Origin: Amphiscolops sp. MND2022
Lineage: Eukaryota
DNA: 64,000 bases
NCBI GenBank assembly: GCA_964187785.1
Contig: OZ076409.1
Coordinates: forward strand, 47,430,001-47,494,000
Direction: 5' to 3'
Positions 37,101 through 52,100 of this stretch are shown here, one piece after another (the first letter of the stretch is position 1; every line of letters begins with the position of its first letter). The notes under the pieces were generated by a model, which saw only the letters and a list, made by a program, of their open reading frames with translations, ran no database searches and was not told the DNA's origin. The position numbers were made by a program, and so were the translations under genes.

Positions 37101-40100
37101 GAACAGTCCTTTTTGAAGAAGCCATCAAAACCGAAAATCCGCTTTAAATCGCTTTTCAATGATTTCGGAAGTCTTAAAAGTAATTTCAGAAATGACGGTT
37201 GTCAATTAGCGACAGATTCGACATGACAATCTAAAATCACGGTGAGAATGCTATTGTCTTTCCATGACAACAATTAAGAGGAAGAAGCGAATTGAGATAC
37301 TCATTTTTTTTCATCTTGAACAAGGCTAGACTTTTGCTAAATAAAACAAGACGGGTACGTCTAGAGTCGGTGCTATATATAAAGCTCAAAAAGTGCAAAT
37401 TTTTTAAAATATGCTCAAGATGTTTTTGAAAAGCTCAGAAAACAGTTTCGAGACACCCAAAGGATGCCTTTCATGCTCGATAAGACTCGGAAACCACTTT
37501 TACCCAACTGGAAAAAATTTTTTCTTTCGGAAAATGTCGCATAGTGCCGAAAACCCTAGGCAGTCCTCTATTCTCGCAAAACGTTTCGTTTCCAGTAAAC
37601 GTCGAGGGGACTTCGATAAAAACAAGTTGGAAAAAAGTCGCATGGTGCCGAAAAAACCAAATTCGGATACAGTGTGCTGGTTCAGAGAAAACCAAATTTT
37701 AAAACAAAAAATAGTCATTTTGAAAAATCTCACAATGCCGAAAAATGTAAAAGGGGGACCCTTTTGGAGTTTTTAACATCCATTGTGTTGCAAAATTGAA
37801 GGGGGACCATTTGATGCAACCCAAAAATTTTCGAAAAAAAGTCTCTTAAAAACACAAAGATAGCCAAAAGGGGGAGATTCTTGGTATGTTTTCGAGGTTC
37901 TGGACGTCGGTTTTATTTTGGACGAGGTACTGAAGTATCCAGTAGGTTTTGGACATGCATAGTTCAAGTTGAACAAATGAACAAAAGAAGTGGACGTTTC
38001 AGTGAGAGGTCTGTGGTCTGGAGAAAAAAAGAAAAGGGTCACTGTAAGAGTCGGGCATTTTTGCTTCAAAAAAGCGCCGACTAAAAATACGGCGTTTCAA
38101 CAATCTTTTCCTTCAGAGCAGCTTTGATAGGATTGTGTTGTCTTACAAGGTCGTTCTCAATCAAAAGTCACGCAACTTTGTAACCTTGTCAACGTTGCTC
38201 TTATTGAGTTCACGGGTGACCAGATGCTGAATGTAGGCCAACATAACGGGCAGTCTCTCCTGTAGGGTGACGCTCAGAGACGAAGCAGGCGGAGGGTTCG
38301 TACAGTAGAACGCATTCTCAACCATGGCACTGAGTCTAGGGTCCAGATTGGCCACGGCCTTTTTCCTCATCATTTCATCCTAAATATTTTAGCAACACTA
38401 AACCACGTGATAATCAAGGGCAATCCAAATTGCTCTAACTCTGAAAGGGTGGAACCACAAAAAAAGCCAAAGTCTGCAATATTGGATGAAAGTACATATC
38501 AGTACATATCACTTATGAAGCAAACCGGAAACAAAATACATTTCGCCATTTCACAAGAAAATTGAAAGCACAGTAGACATTCTTTTGCCAAATCTCGAGG
38601 TATATGCTTAATAAGTCTGGCCCCAAACAAGTTTTTGAGTTTGAATTAGAAAAACGAATGAAAGTTCCACTAACAAGAAGAAATTTTGCTAGTCTGTGAG
38701 TGGCGGGGGTGCGGTAGAGATATCTGCCTGCGGTCTCCAATAGAGCACACGTCATATCTATCTGGTGATGCACGAACGATTTCAACAACTGCTTCAATAT
38801 ACGCAGAGTTTGTTCACTCTTGTATACTCCGAATTTGGTCAGCTCTCCGATGAACGTCACAGTCTTCACTTTGGATTCGATTTTAATTTGATCTTTCTTC
38901 AAAATCTGAATCAGAGAAAATTGAGATGATTATTAGGCGAACTTGAACAAAACATGCGGCGAGCATTGCATCACAACGAAAGAAGTTACCGGATTATCAA
39001 TATATACACTACTCGTATAACTCTTCAAAACAAAAACAAGTTGGCCCTGGGTGGAATTCCAACCAACATCCTCGTGTTTCCGGGGCTAACAAGCTAACGC
39101 TTGAATCACTAGGCCATCGAGCTTTACTTTCTAGTCAATTTATTAAACTTCATGAAACAGTCATAAAAGTCGTTAATGACAGCTGGAAAAAACCCACCCT
39201 TGTCTGAGTTACATGTTTTGCTTGTTTTCGGGTAGGTTAAAATGTTTGCCAAAATATCGCGAGCAATTTGGTAAACTACAGACAGTTTACCGTTTCCATG
39301 TGCTAGCAGAAATATTATTGAAGAGTACGAAAAAGGACAACAGAATGAGTTATTTGGTCAGATGAATAGAAAAAGAGGACTCTTAGGTTCATACAAATAA
39401 TACGAGCTTACCCATCCTCTGAACTCTCTGTACAGCGCGTTCGTAAGTTCAGTGGCTACTTCTGGTGCGCATGGGTAAATTGTGGCGACAAATCGTCCGT
39501 AGAAGGGTAACAGGTCCAGCCTAAACAGTCAACACAGTGCAATTTCCTACACTGAGACGTAAAAATAAAATAACATCTATCCTATTACATGTCCTCAAAA
39601 AATTATCAAAACCCATAAGAGAAGCTCTAAAAACGTACTTAATTGATGGACTGAGATTTATAGACTTGGAGGGACCATGTTTAAAAAGAATTATCTGGCT
39701 TAATAAAAGTATCAAGCACCGTTATACGAACTAACCTGTTTCTGTTGACCATGAAAAGAGTACGTGCAAGTTTGATACGGTTGCCTTGATTGTTGAATCC
39801 TTGCGATGTCGCAAACTCAATGCTAGCATCATCGATGTTCTGTCGACTGATACATTCAGGGAGCCTCGTCAAAAACTTCTCAAACTGGATCTGCGGCAAA
39901 CTGTTACCACCAGTGCCCGAACTACTGTTGCTTTCTAAAAAACACCCACGGGCTAAATCCATTCTTCTGTATAAATGATTACACTTCGAAAACCTTAAGA
40001 TTCATGACACTTAAAAATGCAGGAGCTATTCAGGTCATTTCATGAATTATGGTGATTAAATTCTAAAAACCTAATTCTTGAGTTTTTGAGACATCGAAGT

Positions 40101-43100
40101 GTTCAAGAGAATATTTTAATATTAAACAAATACCTTCAGCATTTAACGATAGGAGTGCTAGCGTTTACCCGGTTTGTTCTACTTAGTTTCCTGTGATTCT
40201 CAGGTGCAATCTACAAAAGCAGCAGTATTTGCGGACATGGGATTTAAAAAGCGAGCTTCAATACCTGAATAATTTCCCAGATCATCCTCCATGTCATTGT
40301 TGTTCCAACCAATGTCCGCGAGAGCCATTTCCAAAGCATCACTCGCAGAACCCTTAGAGCCCTGCTGGGCAGATGCTTTCTTATTACTTGAACATCTTGC
40401 TCCATTTTTACTTTTCTCTTCCTCATCGTCTTCCGTTTTCTTCTCACTCCCAGTATCTGTGTCTTGTTGTTCCTCACTTTTCCCCTTTTCTTCATCGTCC
40501 ATAATATCGTCTGCTTCTCCAACACCCGCTGCATCTTCAGCATTCTCTCCTGAACGATACAGTTAGTTCTTCTATTGTGTCTTTTGGGGACTAAACCTTC
40601 GTACAAGTGATGTCAAAACTAACCTGACAGATCTTCAGAGCATTCTTCTTCAGCTGGTCGCAAAAGACTTTCCGCTCTTACAGCTGCCTAAAACGACAAC
40701 CATCAGGATATTTTCCACACGACGTTTTTAATAACACATTTATAGTCCTCGAGCGTAGCCTATAAAGTCAAATTTTTGACAAATTTCGGCAAATTTTCGG
40801 CCCTTGTGAAAACTTATTTTTAAGCAAAAATATTTAGAGGGAAACTCAGCAAAATGTCTACCAGGTAGCTTTTTGTTTTGCCGTTTATTTCTGAATATTC
40901 ATGCCGACGAAAAGGCTCAAAAAGTTTACAAAACTTGCACAAAAAGATCACAAATTTAGAGTATCAAAAGGACAGAGAAATGGACAATGCATTCGACAAT
41001 TCTTTGAAACAAGTTTTTGTGAAAATGATCTGTGCACCTGGAGACTCTTATGTGAATGCACAAACTGCAAGGAAGTGAAGAAGATCAACTTTCCAATAGC
41101 AACCTGAACTGAACAACACAAACTGGGGATTAACACACACCTGGACTTTGTCCTAAAGCCTTTATTATTATTATAGATTAAACTAATTTTGATTAGAGTA
41201 CAGCAAATTATAGTACGTAGAAAGATGTTGTTGAGTTAAACCTGTGGTAACATCGGGATGATGTCAGGGAAGTCTTCATAGAACTGTTGAGTGTCGAAGT
41301 CAGGCCAGCGACTTCTGTCGTAATCGAACTCGACCTCTTCGTCCGCATTGACTCCTCTGACTCTAAACTCTGGAAACTTCTCGACCACAACTCCAGAGGT
41401 GTCCATGTCATCCAACTGTGCTTCCAAGGTCTGCTCTAACAAAACAGCATAAATCTTGATTTCAACCAACACTCAGGTTTATACCAACGTTGAAACATAC
41501 CTTTGTGAAGTGTGTCGTTCAAGTTTACCGCTATCATAGATCCGAAGGAAAACTCATGTAACATTTTTTATGTAAAAAAACGTCTTTATTTTTCAAAGAA
41601 GTCAACATCCTTCCCAGGTTGACCATCATGGCTAATTCATGGATATTCATCCATGACCATGGATATTCATCCATGATCATGGATTTTTAACATTACATAC
41701 TTATTCATGAAAAAACACCGATGATCCATAAAGAGACGCTTCATGGATTTTCATCTGATTTGCCATGTTGAAAAATTCGTTCAAATTAGGCAAAATTTTC
41801 TGTGCGTGTCGGTTCTCATAAAATGGAGGTTCATTTGTTGTTTATTGTCGTTTATTGCTATTAATGGAATTTCAGGGTTACCTTAATGATCCGGGTAGCA
41901 TTAAGGGCGCTTTTCGGCACCGCGCATCCTGAAGCCGCAAGATAGGCAGGATTTTCGCTTTTTGTAGGGCATTTTTGTTAACTTCCCAATCAAAAACTTG
42001 GAACTATGGCCTCATTATTTTCGTAACTCATCGAATTTAGGGTATTCAGTTTAACGGCCAGTTCAAAAAGCCAGTTCTCATTAATTTGCATCGATGATCA
42101 TCCTCGGCATCGTGTATTTCATCCATGATTCATGGGTTTCCATCCATGAATCATTGACGAATATGCATGAATTAGTCATGATGGTTAACCTGGGTTACCA
42201 CCCCCTCAAAAACAGTGCTTCCTGATTTTATTCGACAGAAACCAACCAAAATTTGTATAAGGATATCGAAAGTTTTTCTAGACATTTCAAAGCCATCATT
42301 CCATCATTTTGAGCTGAATTCACAACCACTCTACTGAAGAAAAGTTTTTGAACTGCGAGGTTAGAATGTGTTGATCTAGGGACAACAAAAACAGAGAAAC
42401 CCGCGATAGGTTTTAGAATAGTGAAGTTCGTGTTCGGAAAATTTGAAAAAGGGGTCATTCAAACGGTATCTTCAGTTTTCGTAATTGCTACCACTAAAAA
42501 AATAAAAGTTGAATGATCAATTTAAATTAAAATTATGACTTGCACATCAATCAGTGAAACTTTGACATCCCTTTCGAGGGATGTAAAAAACATTGTATTT
42601 AAATATATTGACAATAAAATATATACTTGATTTTGCACAATACAATTTAATTTTTTGCTCCAATATAGTTGTTTTAGATAAATATAATTTGAAATATAAT
42701 TTGATATTCAATTTACGGTTGGCAAGCATTAACACAAAGGTATGATTTTTTGAGACGTGTAGAAAAATCCATTCAGGTTTTATCTTCAAAGTTTGATATT
42801 GTTATTGATGGATGGATCGATAGAGCTTATTGGGACTATCGAAAAACCTCTACACTTTAATTGAAATGTTGCTTTTCTTGTTTGTAAACGAAAATCACAA
42901 TCCAAGACGCGTACAAATGAACCTTTTGCTCGAGCAATTTTTTCCTCACACAAAATAGGAAAAAAATATTTATATTTATTGTTGACAATGAAATTAAGTA
43001 AACATATACTTTTTTACACCTTTGTCCCCTTCTGTTCAGAACATTCTGTACTTCAGATGAAGTGAAATCAGTGAGAACCGACCTACCAAAACTTTGCACA

Positions 43101-46100
43101 GTCATAGAGGGCACTTCATCAGGGTTGATTCCCATCAACTCAGCCAATGACGTCATGCTATGATGCAATTTCTGTAGAGCCGAGTACTCACTCTCGTATT
43201 GCTCTTTCTTCTCTTCGTGCAACTCGCCTTTACTCTAAATATACACACATGAAACCATTAACACCTCACCACAAGAACTCAATTGGAAATATTTCAAATA
43301 ACATATGTGATTTCATGAAATTTTTACGAACCAGGAATTTTGTTTTTTTTTCCAAAAAAAATCCAAAGGTTTATGTGTCGTTTCAAATTCAGATTTCGAA
43401 CAAAAAACTTACAGTGAGAATACTGTAGTTTCGCTTTATCAGGTCCATCACAAACCTCTCCTTCGATTTAAAACTGAGTCTCACAGCACTGAAGTAGTCC
43501 AGAAGCAGCTTTGCAAACATTCTCTGAGTCTCCAACGGAAAGACCTGTGAAAATATGAAATGAAAATATTCAGTCCACCTTGAAGTATCACGAAGGTAAT
43601 GAAAATTAGAGTTTGACATTCAAGGCCTAAGTTTTGCACAAATTACGTTAATTTCATCTATACATTTTCTTGAATATCGTCTCATCAAGTCACATTGAAT
43701 TGGATTACTACAAAGGATTCACAAAAATTTTTCAACCATGTACCAAATACCATGTCGAAAACCATTCACTTCTAACAAGTGATCAGAATTAAACAAGAAT
43801 AAGCTATTTTCTTTAGCATTCTGAATTGAACAACGATTTCGGACAAAATTAGAATTCCACAGCCTCAGTAATACCTTATTCTGCTATCGGGGACTCATTA
43901 GGAAATAGATACCGCTACTCTGATTGTAACATTATTCTAATAGACTGCCGCCGAGATGCCTGACTTGAAAGAAATGTTATGAGGTCAAATCAGTTTATGG
44001 AGCAGAACGAACAATAATCGAATTCATGAATGCGATGATGATAAATAACATTAAAAATCTGCCACAAAAGTTCCTCAACAAAGTATCCACAACACAATAA
44101 AAAGCTTATTTACAAACTTCCTTCTGAATTTGATCCTACAGTCCCGGAATTATAAACTCCAAAGCACTAAGAAATGACTTTTACTTTCAAACGAGAAACT
44201 TCCCAGACTGGGAAGTTAAGATGGCGAACAAAGAATGAATTGTCGACTCACGTCCGATTTGGGAAATTTAAGCTGCGGGAACTTTTCTTTTAGTCGCTTT
44301 GTCTGTCTAGGTACCACTCCCGCAAAGTCATCTCCACAGAAAGTGACGAAAGAAATGACAAAAGAAAGCATTTCTTGGTTCACAGATGAGGCCGAATTAG
44401 AATCTGTAGTGGCTGTCAACAAGTGAGATAGATAGTTGTGAAGCAAAGGAATAGCTTCTTTGTCAGGCAGAACTCCCGCTAAAATCAACTCGGCTAGGAA
44501 ACGCACATCAACTCTGAGCTTCGATGAGGATTTGACTGCCACTGTATTGGTCTTATCGTCTTTACGGATCTCAAACTGTTTCTTCAGGAGTCCCAAAAAA
44601 CTGGCTTGAAATGTGGGATATCTCTGGTGCACCAAAGAACATAGCTGCACTGCGAACGCGAAATCCGTGGTCTAAACAATCAATGATTCATAATTTAGAT
44701 AGGAAATATCTTTGTCAAATGTTTTTAAAAAGTTGACAAATTTCAAAAACTATTTCACTTCCACATTTCTAGTCGGCGCTCCATGAAGTGAAACGCGACT
44801 ATACTAGAGACTTTTTTAATCCACATGAACTGACCAAAATAGTTCTACGAAATTTTAAGGGGTCAAATCTAACCAGTTGGCCCAGGGAACTGATCTATAA
44901 AAGTTGTTTCTTTTTTCCAGCGAAAAATACAATACCGGGCAAGACTAAAGGGCCCCCTTTCGGATTTTTTTTTGGCATTGTGACATTTTCGACAATTCTT
45001 TAACGTCTCTAAAGGGTCCCCTTCATTTTTTTTTGATATTTTGCAACAGAATGGATGTTAAAAATCCGAAAGGGTCCCCCTTTTAGCGCGCCAGGAGCCC
45101 GCCCTAACGGGCCCCCGGCGCGCCAGTTTGGTCCAACTTTTGGCTTTTTCGGGTACTGTAGAAGAGAATGCTTGACATTTTGAAGTCTTTGTGCTATTTT
45201 TGAGCCTTCGGTATGGCGCCAACTTATGCCGTTCCCGGCTTGTTTCTAATAAAATAAAATTTTACAAAAATCACCCACCAAGAGAACCCTTCAATTCCAG
45301 ACAATTTCTCGGAAGTCTCCATTTATGAATTTTGTATGAGAAATGCATCCTAAGCTCGCAGCAAACAATGTTGAACAGAAAACTTGATTCTTCTCATATT
45401 CCACGCAAAAAACTAGAATATGTTGAACTCAGGCAACTTGCGAGTAACGATCACGTCTAAATAAGAACTTTCTCAGCAAACGCAATGAAGTTGGGCAGGT
45501 ACACAATAGGACAGAAAACTCTGGTAGGTGTATCATTATTTGAACTCTGACGTCGATTTTATTTTTCATAGTTTGCCTATCACGAACTTCTAAAAACTGT
45601 TTCCAAGTGAAAGTGATAATGTACCTTGAACTTTCGGTCAGTTGTTGCCAACGCAGAAGCTACTTCATCAATGAATTTGACAAGATTGAGTTGTTGCAAT
45701 TCCGCCAGCAGAGCATCTCTGCCATCTTGGTCAACAGGAAATGTTTTGAGTTTCTTCACAAAAGCATTATTTCGTTTCAAGCTCGAATCCAAGTCTGAGA
45801 AGAAGTACTCGTCTGGCCAATTTTCTAAATAAAAAAATGAAAATTCATAACATCTATGATCAAAACGGACGTCTATGATCAAGGCAATAAAAATATAATC
45901 GAAGAAATTTCAAAATCATGAAAGACGCCATTACTGTAGAAAGTCGAAATAAAATACTTCCAAAAAGAATTTACTTTTCGTAATCAACCAGATTTCACAC
46001 AAGAACCAAAGAAGATTCATTGAGAGCATCCAACATCTAAACTATAAACTTAATGAGGGAAAACATCACTTGCACTTGACCAGAGGAGAAAACCAGTAAA

Positions 46101-49100
46101 AGTGATGAACTTTTGCGTTGACTTCTTGAAGGTAGTCAGAATGCTTTCAGAGAACAATTTATTAGCCAATAGTCAACTTTTGAAATCGCTACTGACAATA
46201 TTGTCAGAATGAGTAAGGCGTTGTTTGTTATAGCTAATCCTCAAACATAACATTTGTAATAGCTAACCCTCTAAGGATTTTTTTAATCCAACGGATTTTT
46301 TTTTTACAAAATTTGCCTAGCACCAAATTTATATCCAAGCTAGAGGGTTTTACACATATTCAACTGACGTAAAATTAGCATCATGCGGAATGTTTTTGTA
46401 GACATTTTTAAACTTTTTAGGTTGACCCCAAAAACAGTAAAAACTGCAAAATTTTCCGATTTTTATGGTTTTTATGCAATGTTGCTCAAATTTTCAATAG
46501 ATTTTATGACTAAGAATGTTGAAAACGTTCAAAAAGGAAAAATTTAGTTATCCAGGAGGCTTTTTCGAAGAAATAATGGCAAAAAGTTCAGACTTTTAAC
46601 AATTTTTAAAACTTTTATCAAATTTAGGATACACTTGCTAGCTTAGAAAGTTAAAACGTTCAACATGGGAAAACTTCGTTGTCCACGAGGCTTCTTCGGA
46701 GAGAAAAGCAATTTTTTTTAAAAAATGTCTAAAATTCAGACCGAAATTGACGAAAATCCAAAAAAACTTTTCATGCAATTTTTGTCTAGTTTTCGAAAGA
46801 CGTGATGGCTTAGAACATTAACGACATTCAAAAAGAAGAAATTCGTTGTCCGAAAGGCTTTTGTTAAGAAATAACCGCAGTTTTCTAATGAAAAAAAGCT
46901 CAAATTGCGACCAAAAATGACAAACTCCAAAATCTAGCGATTTTTCACGTTATGCAACTTTCGTCAAATTTTCACGAGATTTCATGAATCAGAACGTTGT
47001 AAACGTTCAACAACGAATGAATTCATTGACCAGTAGGGTTGCTCGGGGAAATAAATGCAGTTTTGTAAAAAAAGCCCCAATGACCCCAAAACAGTCAAAA
47101 AAATCTTTTTACATTTTGATTTTCCAACGCAATTTTTGTAAAACTTTCAAACTTTTCATGGACTAGTACTGTGAAACCGTTCAACAATAACTGAATGCGT
47201 TGTCCTGTAGGGTTTTTGATGGGATAAGTGCCGGTTTCTGATACAATGTGCTTTAATTTGTTGCAAAAGTTGTTGAAAAGTCCAAATTTTATGTTTAGGT
47301 AGCTTCTTCATGTTATTTGAGTACGATTTTTCAGAAATTTCGTGAGTAAGAAGGTTCAAACCAATCAAAGGCGAAGGAATCAGATATGTACTTTCCTTTT
47401 TGATGTGAAAATTAGTGTTTTACATCAGAAATACTTCAAAACGGCACAAGTGGGTCGGAAAGTAAAAGAATTGAAATTTTAAACGTCTTTTTTTTTAACA
47501 AAGTCTGTGAACCGAAACGTTTCGAGGGTTAAAATAATAGAATGGTTCAACAGCAAGTTGATATCCAGTTGGCTTTTGTGGGAGGTATTTGCTCATTTGT
47601 GTTGGAAAATGTCTCAATATGAACCGAAAAAAGTCTAAAACATTCAAAGTTTTTTTGACAATTTTAGTAATTGTTTGAGAAACTTTTCGTTAACTAGATG
47701 GTCCTAAAGCTCCAGATAATTTATCAAGCTATACAGTACGCATCTTGACAGAAAAGTTTGTAGTTTTCTAGGTAGAACAATATCTCAATGACCCAAACAG
47801 GTCGAAAAGCCAAAACTCTTCCGAACAGGACGGGACCGGCCCAAGTCGGCGCCATATCCAAGGCTCAAAAATAGCAAAAGGACTTCCAAGAGTCATCTTA
47901 CAGTGCTCGAAAATCGAAAAAGCAAAAAAATGGACCGAGTGGCGCACCGGGGCCCGCTAGCGTGAGCCCCTGGCGCGCTAAAAGCGGAGACTTCCGAAAT
48001 TGTCAACATTTTTGTCGCAATTGAAGGGGGGACCTTTTGGAGAGAAAAAAAATTTAGAAAAAAGTCTCACAATGCCGAAAAACTGAGAGGGGGACCTTTT
48101 GGGGTTTTTCAACATCCATTCTGTCGCAAAACATCAAAAAATTGAAAGAGAGACCCTTTGGGGAAAAAAATTTTCCGATAAAAAAAGTCGCAGTGCCGAA
48201 AAAAATGAAAGGGGTGACCCTTTGGTCTTGCCCGGTATGGTATGTTACGCGGCAAAAAAGGAAAAACCTTTTTGGTTCAGTTCGCTAGGCCAAATGGTGC
48301 AATAATATTTCGTAGAACTTTTAAGAACTATTTTGGTCAGTTCGTGTGGATAGGAAAAAAGTTACTATAATAGTCGCGTCTCACTCCATGAAGCGCCGAC
48401 CAAAAACGAATTTTGGTGGAAATTTTGTGCATTTCATATAATAGATAACATTCAACAGCAAACAAACGCAAAAAAGGGGAGTAGACTTTTCGAAAATCAA
48501 TTGCAGTTTCATGTTCGAAAAGAGTCTGAAAACGGTACCAGAATAACTAAAAATTTCTCAAAACTTGACGTTTTTAACCCAATTGTTTTCGAAATTATGA
48601 AAAATTTCGTAAATTAGAACTTCGAAACATTGAATTAGCATTTGGAAACGTTGTCCAGTAAACTTTTCGGAAAAAATGCAAGTTATCACAGGAAGCCTCA
48701 ATTTCACCCCAAAAAACTAAACCCAACTCTTCCAGATTGTCGTTTTTCCTGCTATTTGTGTACAATTTTTGAAAGTTCTCGTGACTAAGAAAGTTCAAAG
48801 CACTCGAAAACGAACAAAATAGCTATGCAGTGTTGGTATTTTAAAGAGAGTTGCAGTAGTTGGCTTCAAAATCACTTCAAAAATGACCCTGATGAGTCGG
48901 GAATGAAAAAAATCCAAATTCAACTCGTCTTATGCCAAGTTGAATTTTTTGAAAAGTTTTCATCGTTGGAAGAATGAGAATGTTCAACAGCAAACAAATT
49001 TGCAATTTCACGTTAAAAAAGCGCTTCAAAATGACCCCAAAATGTTTTCAAAAAATAGGCCCCTCCGGGGCTCAGTACTATTTCTGCTTTAATCTTTATT

Positions 49101-52100
49101 TTTTTAAAACAAAAAATCATTAATAAAAGAATCATATCTGGAATACCAATACACTCCTGTTTAATCATTACTTAGAGCACAATTAATCACTGTACAAGTT
49201 TACACCGCCTTTAATTCTTCTCGGACTAAAGAAAATATAACTAAGCGTAGACGAAGTTTCGCATTCGCATTTGAATGCAGGCGAAGCTCTCAACGAACGA
49301 ATAATTAACACTCATTCGCTTCATCTCAATGACGTCAGCATACGAATGGATAATTACCACTCGCTCGTTCTATCGCACTAGAATTGAATTGTTGTCGGCA
49401 GCTTTCCCACGCTTACACTCACTGCCGAACAAAATATCTGAATTATTCAGTAGGACGAAATTTGACGACTGAAAAAAAAAAAGGACCAACTTTGAGGTTA
49501 CAATAACATTCCTGCTAAAGCAGAAATATTAAAAAATTGACAGTTGTTTGACAATTTAGTGAATTTTTAATAAAGTTACCAAAGAATCGTAATGTTCTAA
49601 AAGTCTAATTTTTTAAAATTTTTTGAATGGGCATGCAGAGAGAGAGAAAGACTTTATTCTCATAGAGAAACCAAGAAATTTAGCTAATACTTTTAAACAA
49701 AACAAGTCGAACAAGTACATACAATATAATAGGTACAAACAACGTCAATAGAGAATGATTTATTCAACAAAAATTTGTTAACAGATGTTTCATCGTTCTT
49801 TTGAAATCCACTTATTATTTTGTGTCGGAAAAGGTAATTGGCCATAATCGCGCTCGTGAAGAAAGAGTAAAGATTGCTCGAAAGGGTATTGGTCTTGAAA
49901 AAATTGAATGAGCATATTCGTGTCTGGTCGGTTGAGTCGTTAACGAGAAGAAATTTCCTGTAATCATATTGGTATTTATTGTTCATCAGTTGAGATAAAT
50001 AGATGAACGTTCTTAGCTCAAAAAAGCGACAAAAATGAGAAGAATGCAGTGATTTTTCAGTAGCTGTTGACAAGATGTTTTTGTAAAGAAAAAATCCATT
50101 TCAAGCACTGTTTTGAAAATTTTACATTATTTTTAATTGAGTTATATCGGGTGACCAAGATGGGATCCCAAATAAAGGAACATAACACTTGAGGAATAAA
50201 GGTTGAATTTTTCTCTGATGGGGTTTGCCATGGAATTTTTTGCTTCAATGAATAAAAACTTCTTTGGGCTTTTGCAATTCTCATCTGCACAGAATCCGTC
50301 CATTTAAGGATATGACTTACTATGATTCCCAAATCCTTTGTATACTCAACGTTTTTTAACAGACAGTCATTCGTAGTAACAGAGGTTAACCCCTTAAAAT
50401 TTAAACAATTAGTTTTCCCGAAATTGGCAATCTTTCCATTTGATAAGTTCCAATTGTAGAGACGTGTCAGGTCATTGTGGAAATTCAGTGAGGAGAAAAG
50501 GAGCTTAAGATCATCGGCAAACAACAAGATCATAGCGTCAAGAAAAATACTCGGAAGGTCATTGATAAATATAAGAAATAAAAATGTCCTAGAACTGACC
50601 CTTGAGGGTCTCCACTAGGTACTGACAGATGTTCGGAAAATTAGCCGTTCACATTAACAACTTGGGTTCTCCCATTAAGATAAGATTCAAAAAGCAGTAA
50701 GAGCTCTCAATCAAATCCAAAGAGCTTCAATTTAGATAATAAAACCTTAGGAGGGACTTTATCGAACGCTTTTTTGTAATCCAAATAGACGGAGAAAAGG
50801 GTGCTAGATTTATTGCGATACAGTGTTTTCAGATAGTCTATTAATTGAAGTACAGCATTTTTCCGAGATTGAAAGCCGACTGCAGAATGTTAAAAAACGA
50901 TATTTACAATTTTGTATGCAAAAAGTTCGTCAGAACGACTTGTAATAAGTTCAAAACTAAGTTTTTTTGAAATATTGATATATTTTTTAAACCTTTCGAG
51001 CACTTTTGTAATTCAAGAACGACTGGAACCGTTATCCAATAGGCGTTAAAAAAAATCTATAGTTTATTAGAAAAGTTCTCGCCGCAAAGTTGTCGGAAAA
51101 GCAAAATTTTCTGCGCAAAATTATAAAAAATGATTGGTTAGGTTTTGGTAGACACACAAACCGACAACAAATAAGTGTTTGGTGTGTTCTCCAGGTGTTT
51201 CCTTCTGAAATGAGATGACAGTATTCAAAAAGTGTCCAACGTTTTTTCATCAAACTTCTATCCGTTTTCATAGTGCAATGGCTACTCTTGAGTCTCAAAA
51301 ATATGTCATTGCTAGAACAATTTGGACGAAAAATATCCTGCTGGTCAGCGTGCGTCTTGTTACTTAAAATAGGCCCCTCCGGGGCACACCATTATTTCTG
51401 CTTTAATCTTTCATTAACAATAGAATCATCTGGAATACCAATACACTCCTGTTCAATCATTAATTTGCACACAATCAATCACTATACCACTTTATACCGC
51501 CTTATTTATTTTTACACAGAGGCGAAGCCGTGCTTCGCAAACACTTGCGAACTTTTGAAGAAAACCAAATAAGCAATATCATACGGAAAACCAAGGGTAA
51601 AAGGAGATTAAAATTTCATCGATTTTACAGCGCCAAAAAATACCCGAAGGGATACGCGTAAGCCTCGAAAACCATTCTTCCCCAACTGAAAACAGCAAAA
51701 AACCCATTCTTTCTCAACGGAAAACCTTGAACAGAAAATAAAAAAAAAATTTCTAAAATTTTTCGAAAACATTTTTAATGGTCTCCGGTAAGTCGCAAAG
51801 CCTAGAGGAGTCCTCTCGCAAAACGTTTCGTTTCTTATTTTAAAAAAAGTCGCATAGAAAAAAGATCGGTCTTTAAAAAAACGGTCTTTTAAAACTAAAA
51901 ATTGAGAAGAAATTTTCCGAATTTTTTCGAATTTTTTTGAACTTTCTGCTAAGTCGCATAGTGCCGAAAAATGTGAAAAAGGGACCCTTTAGGATTTTAT
52001 AACATTCGTTCTGTTGCAAGATATCAAAAAATTGAAAGGAGGACGCTTTGGGGACATTAAAAAATTTTTGAAAAAAAAATAAAGGAGTCTAAAAAATTTT

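Noticed and set aside
42857-43100. Exact exon structure of UPF2 between 41.2 and 43.1 kb
   Set aside because: Several alternative donors and acceptors give conflicting phases; cannot be resolved without transcripts, so individual exons were not reported.
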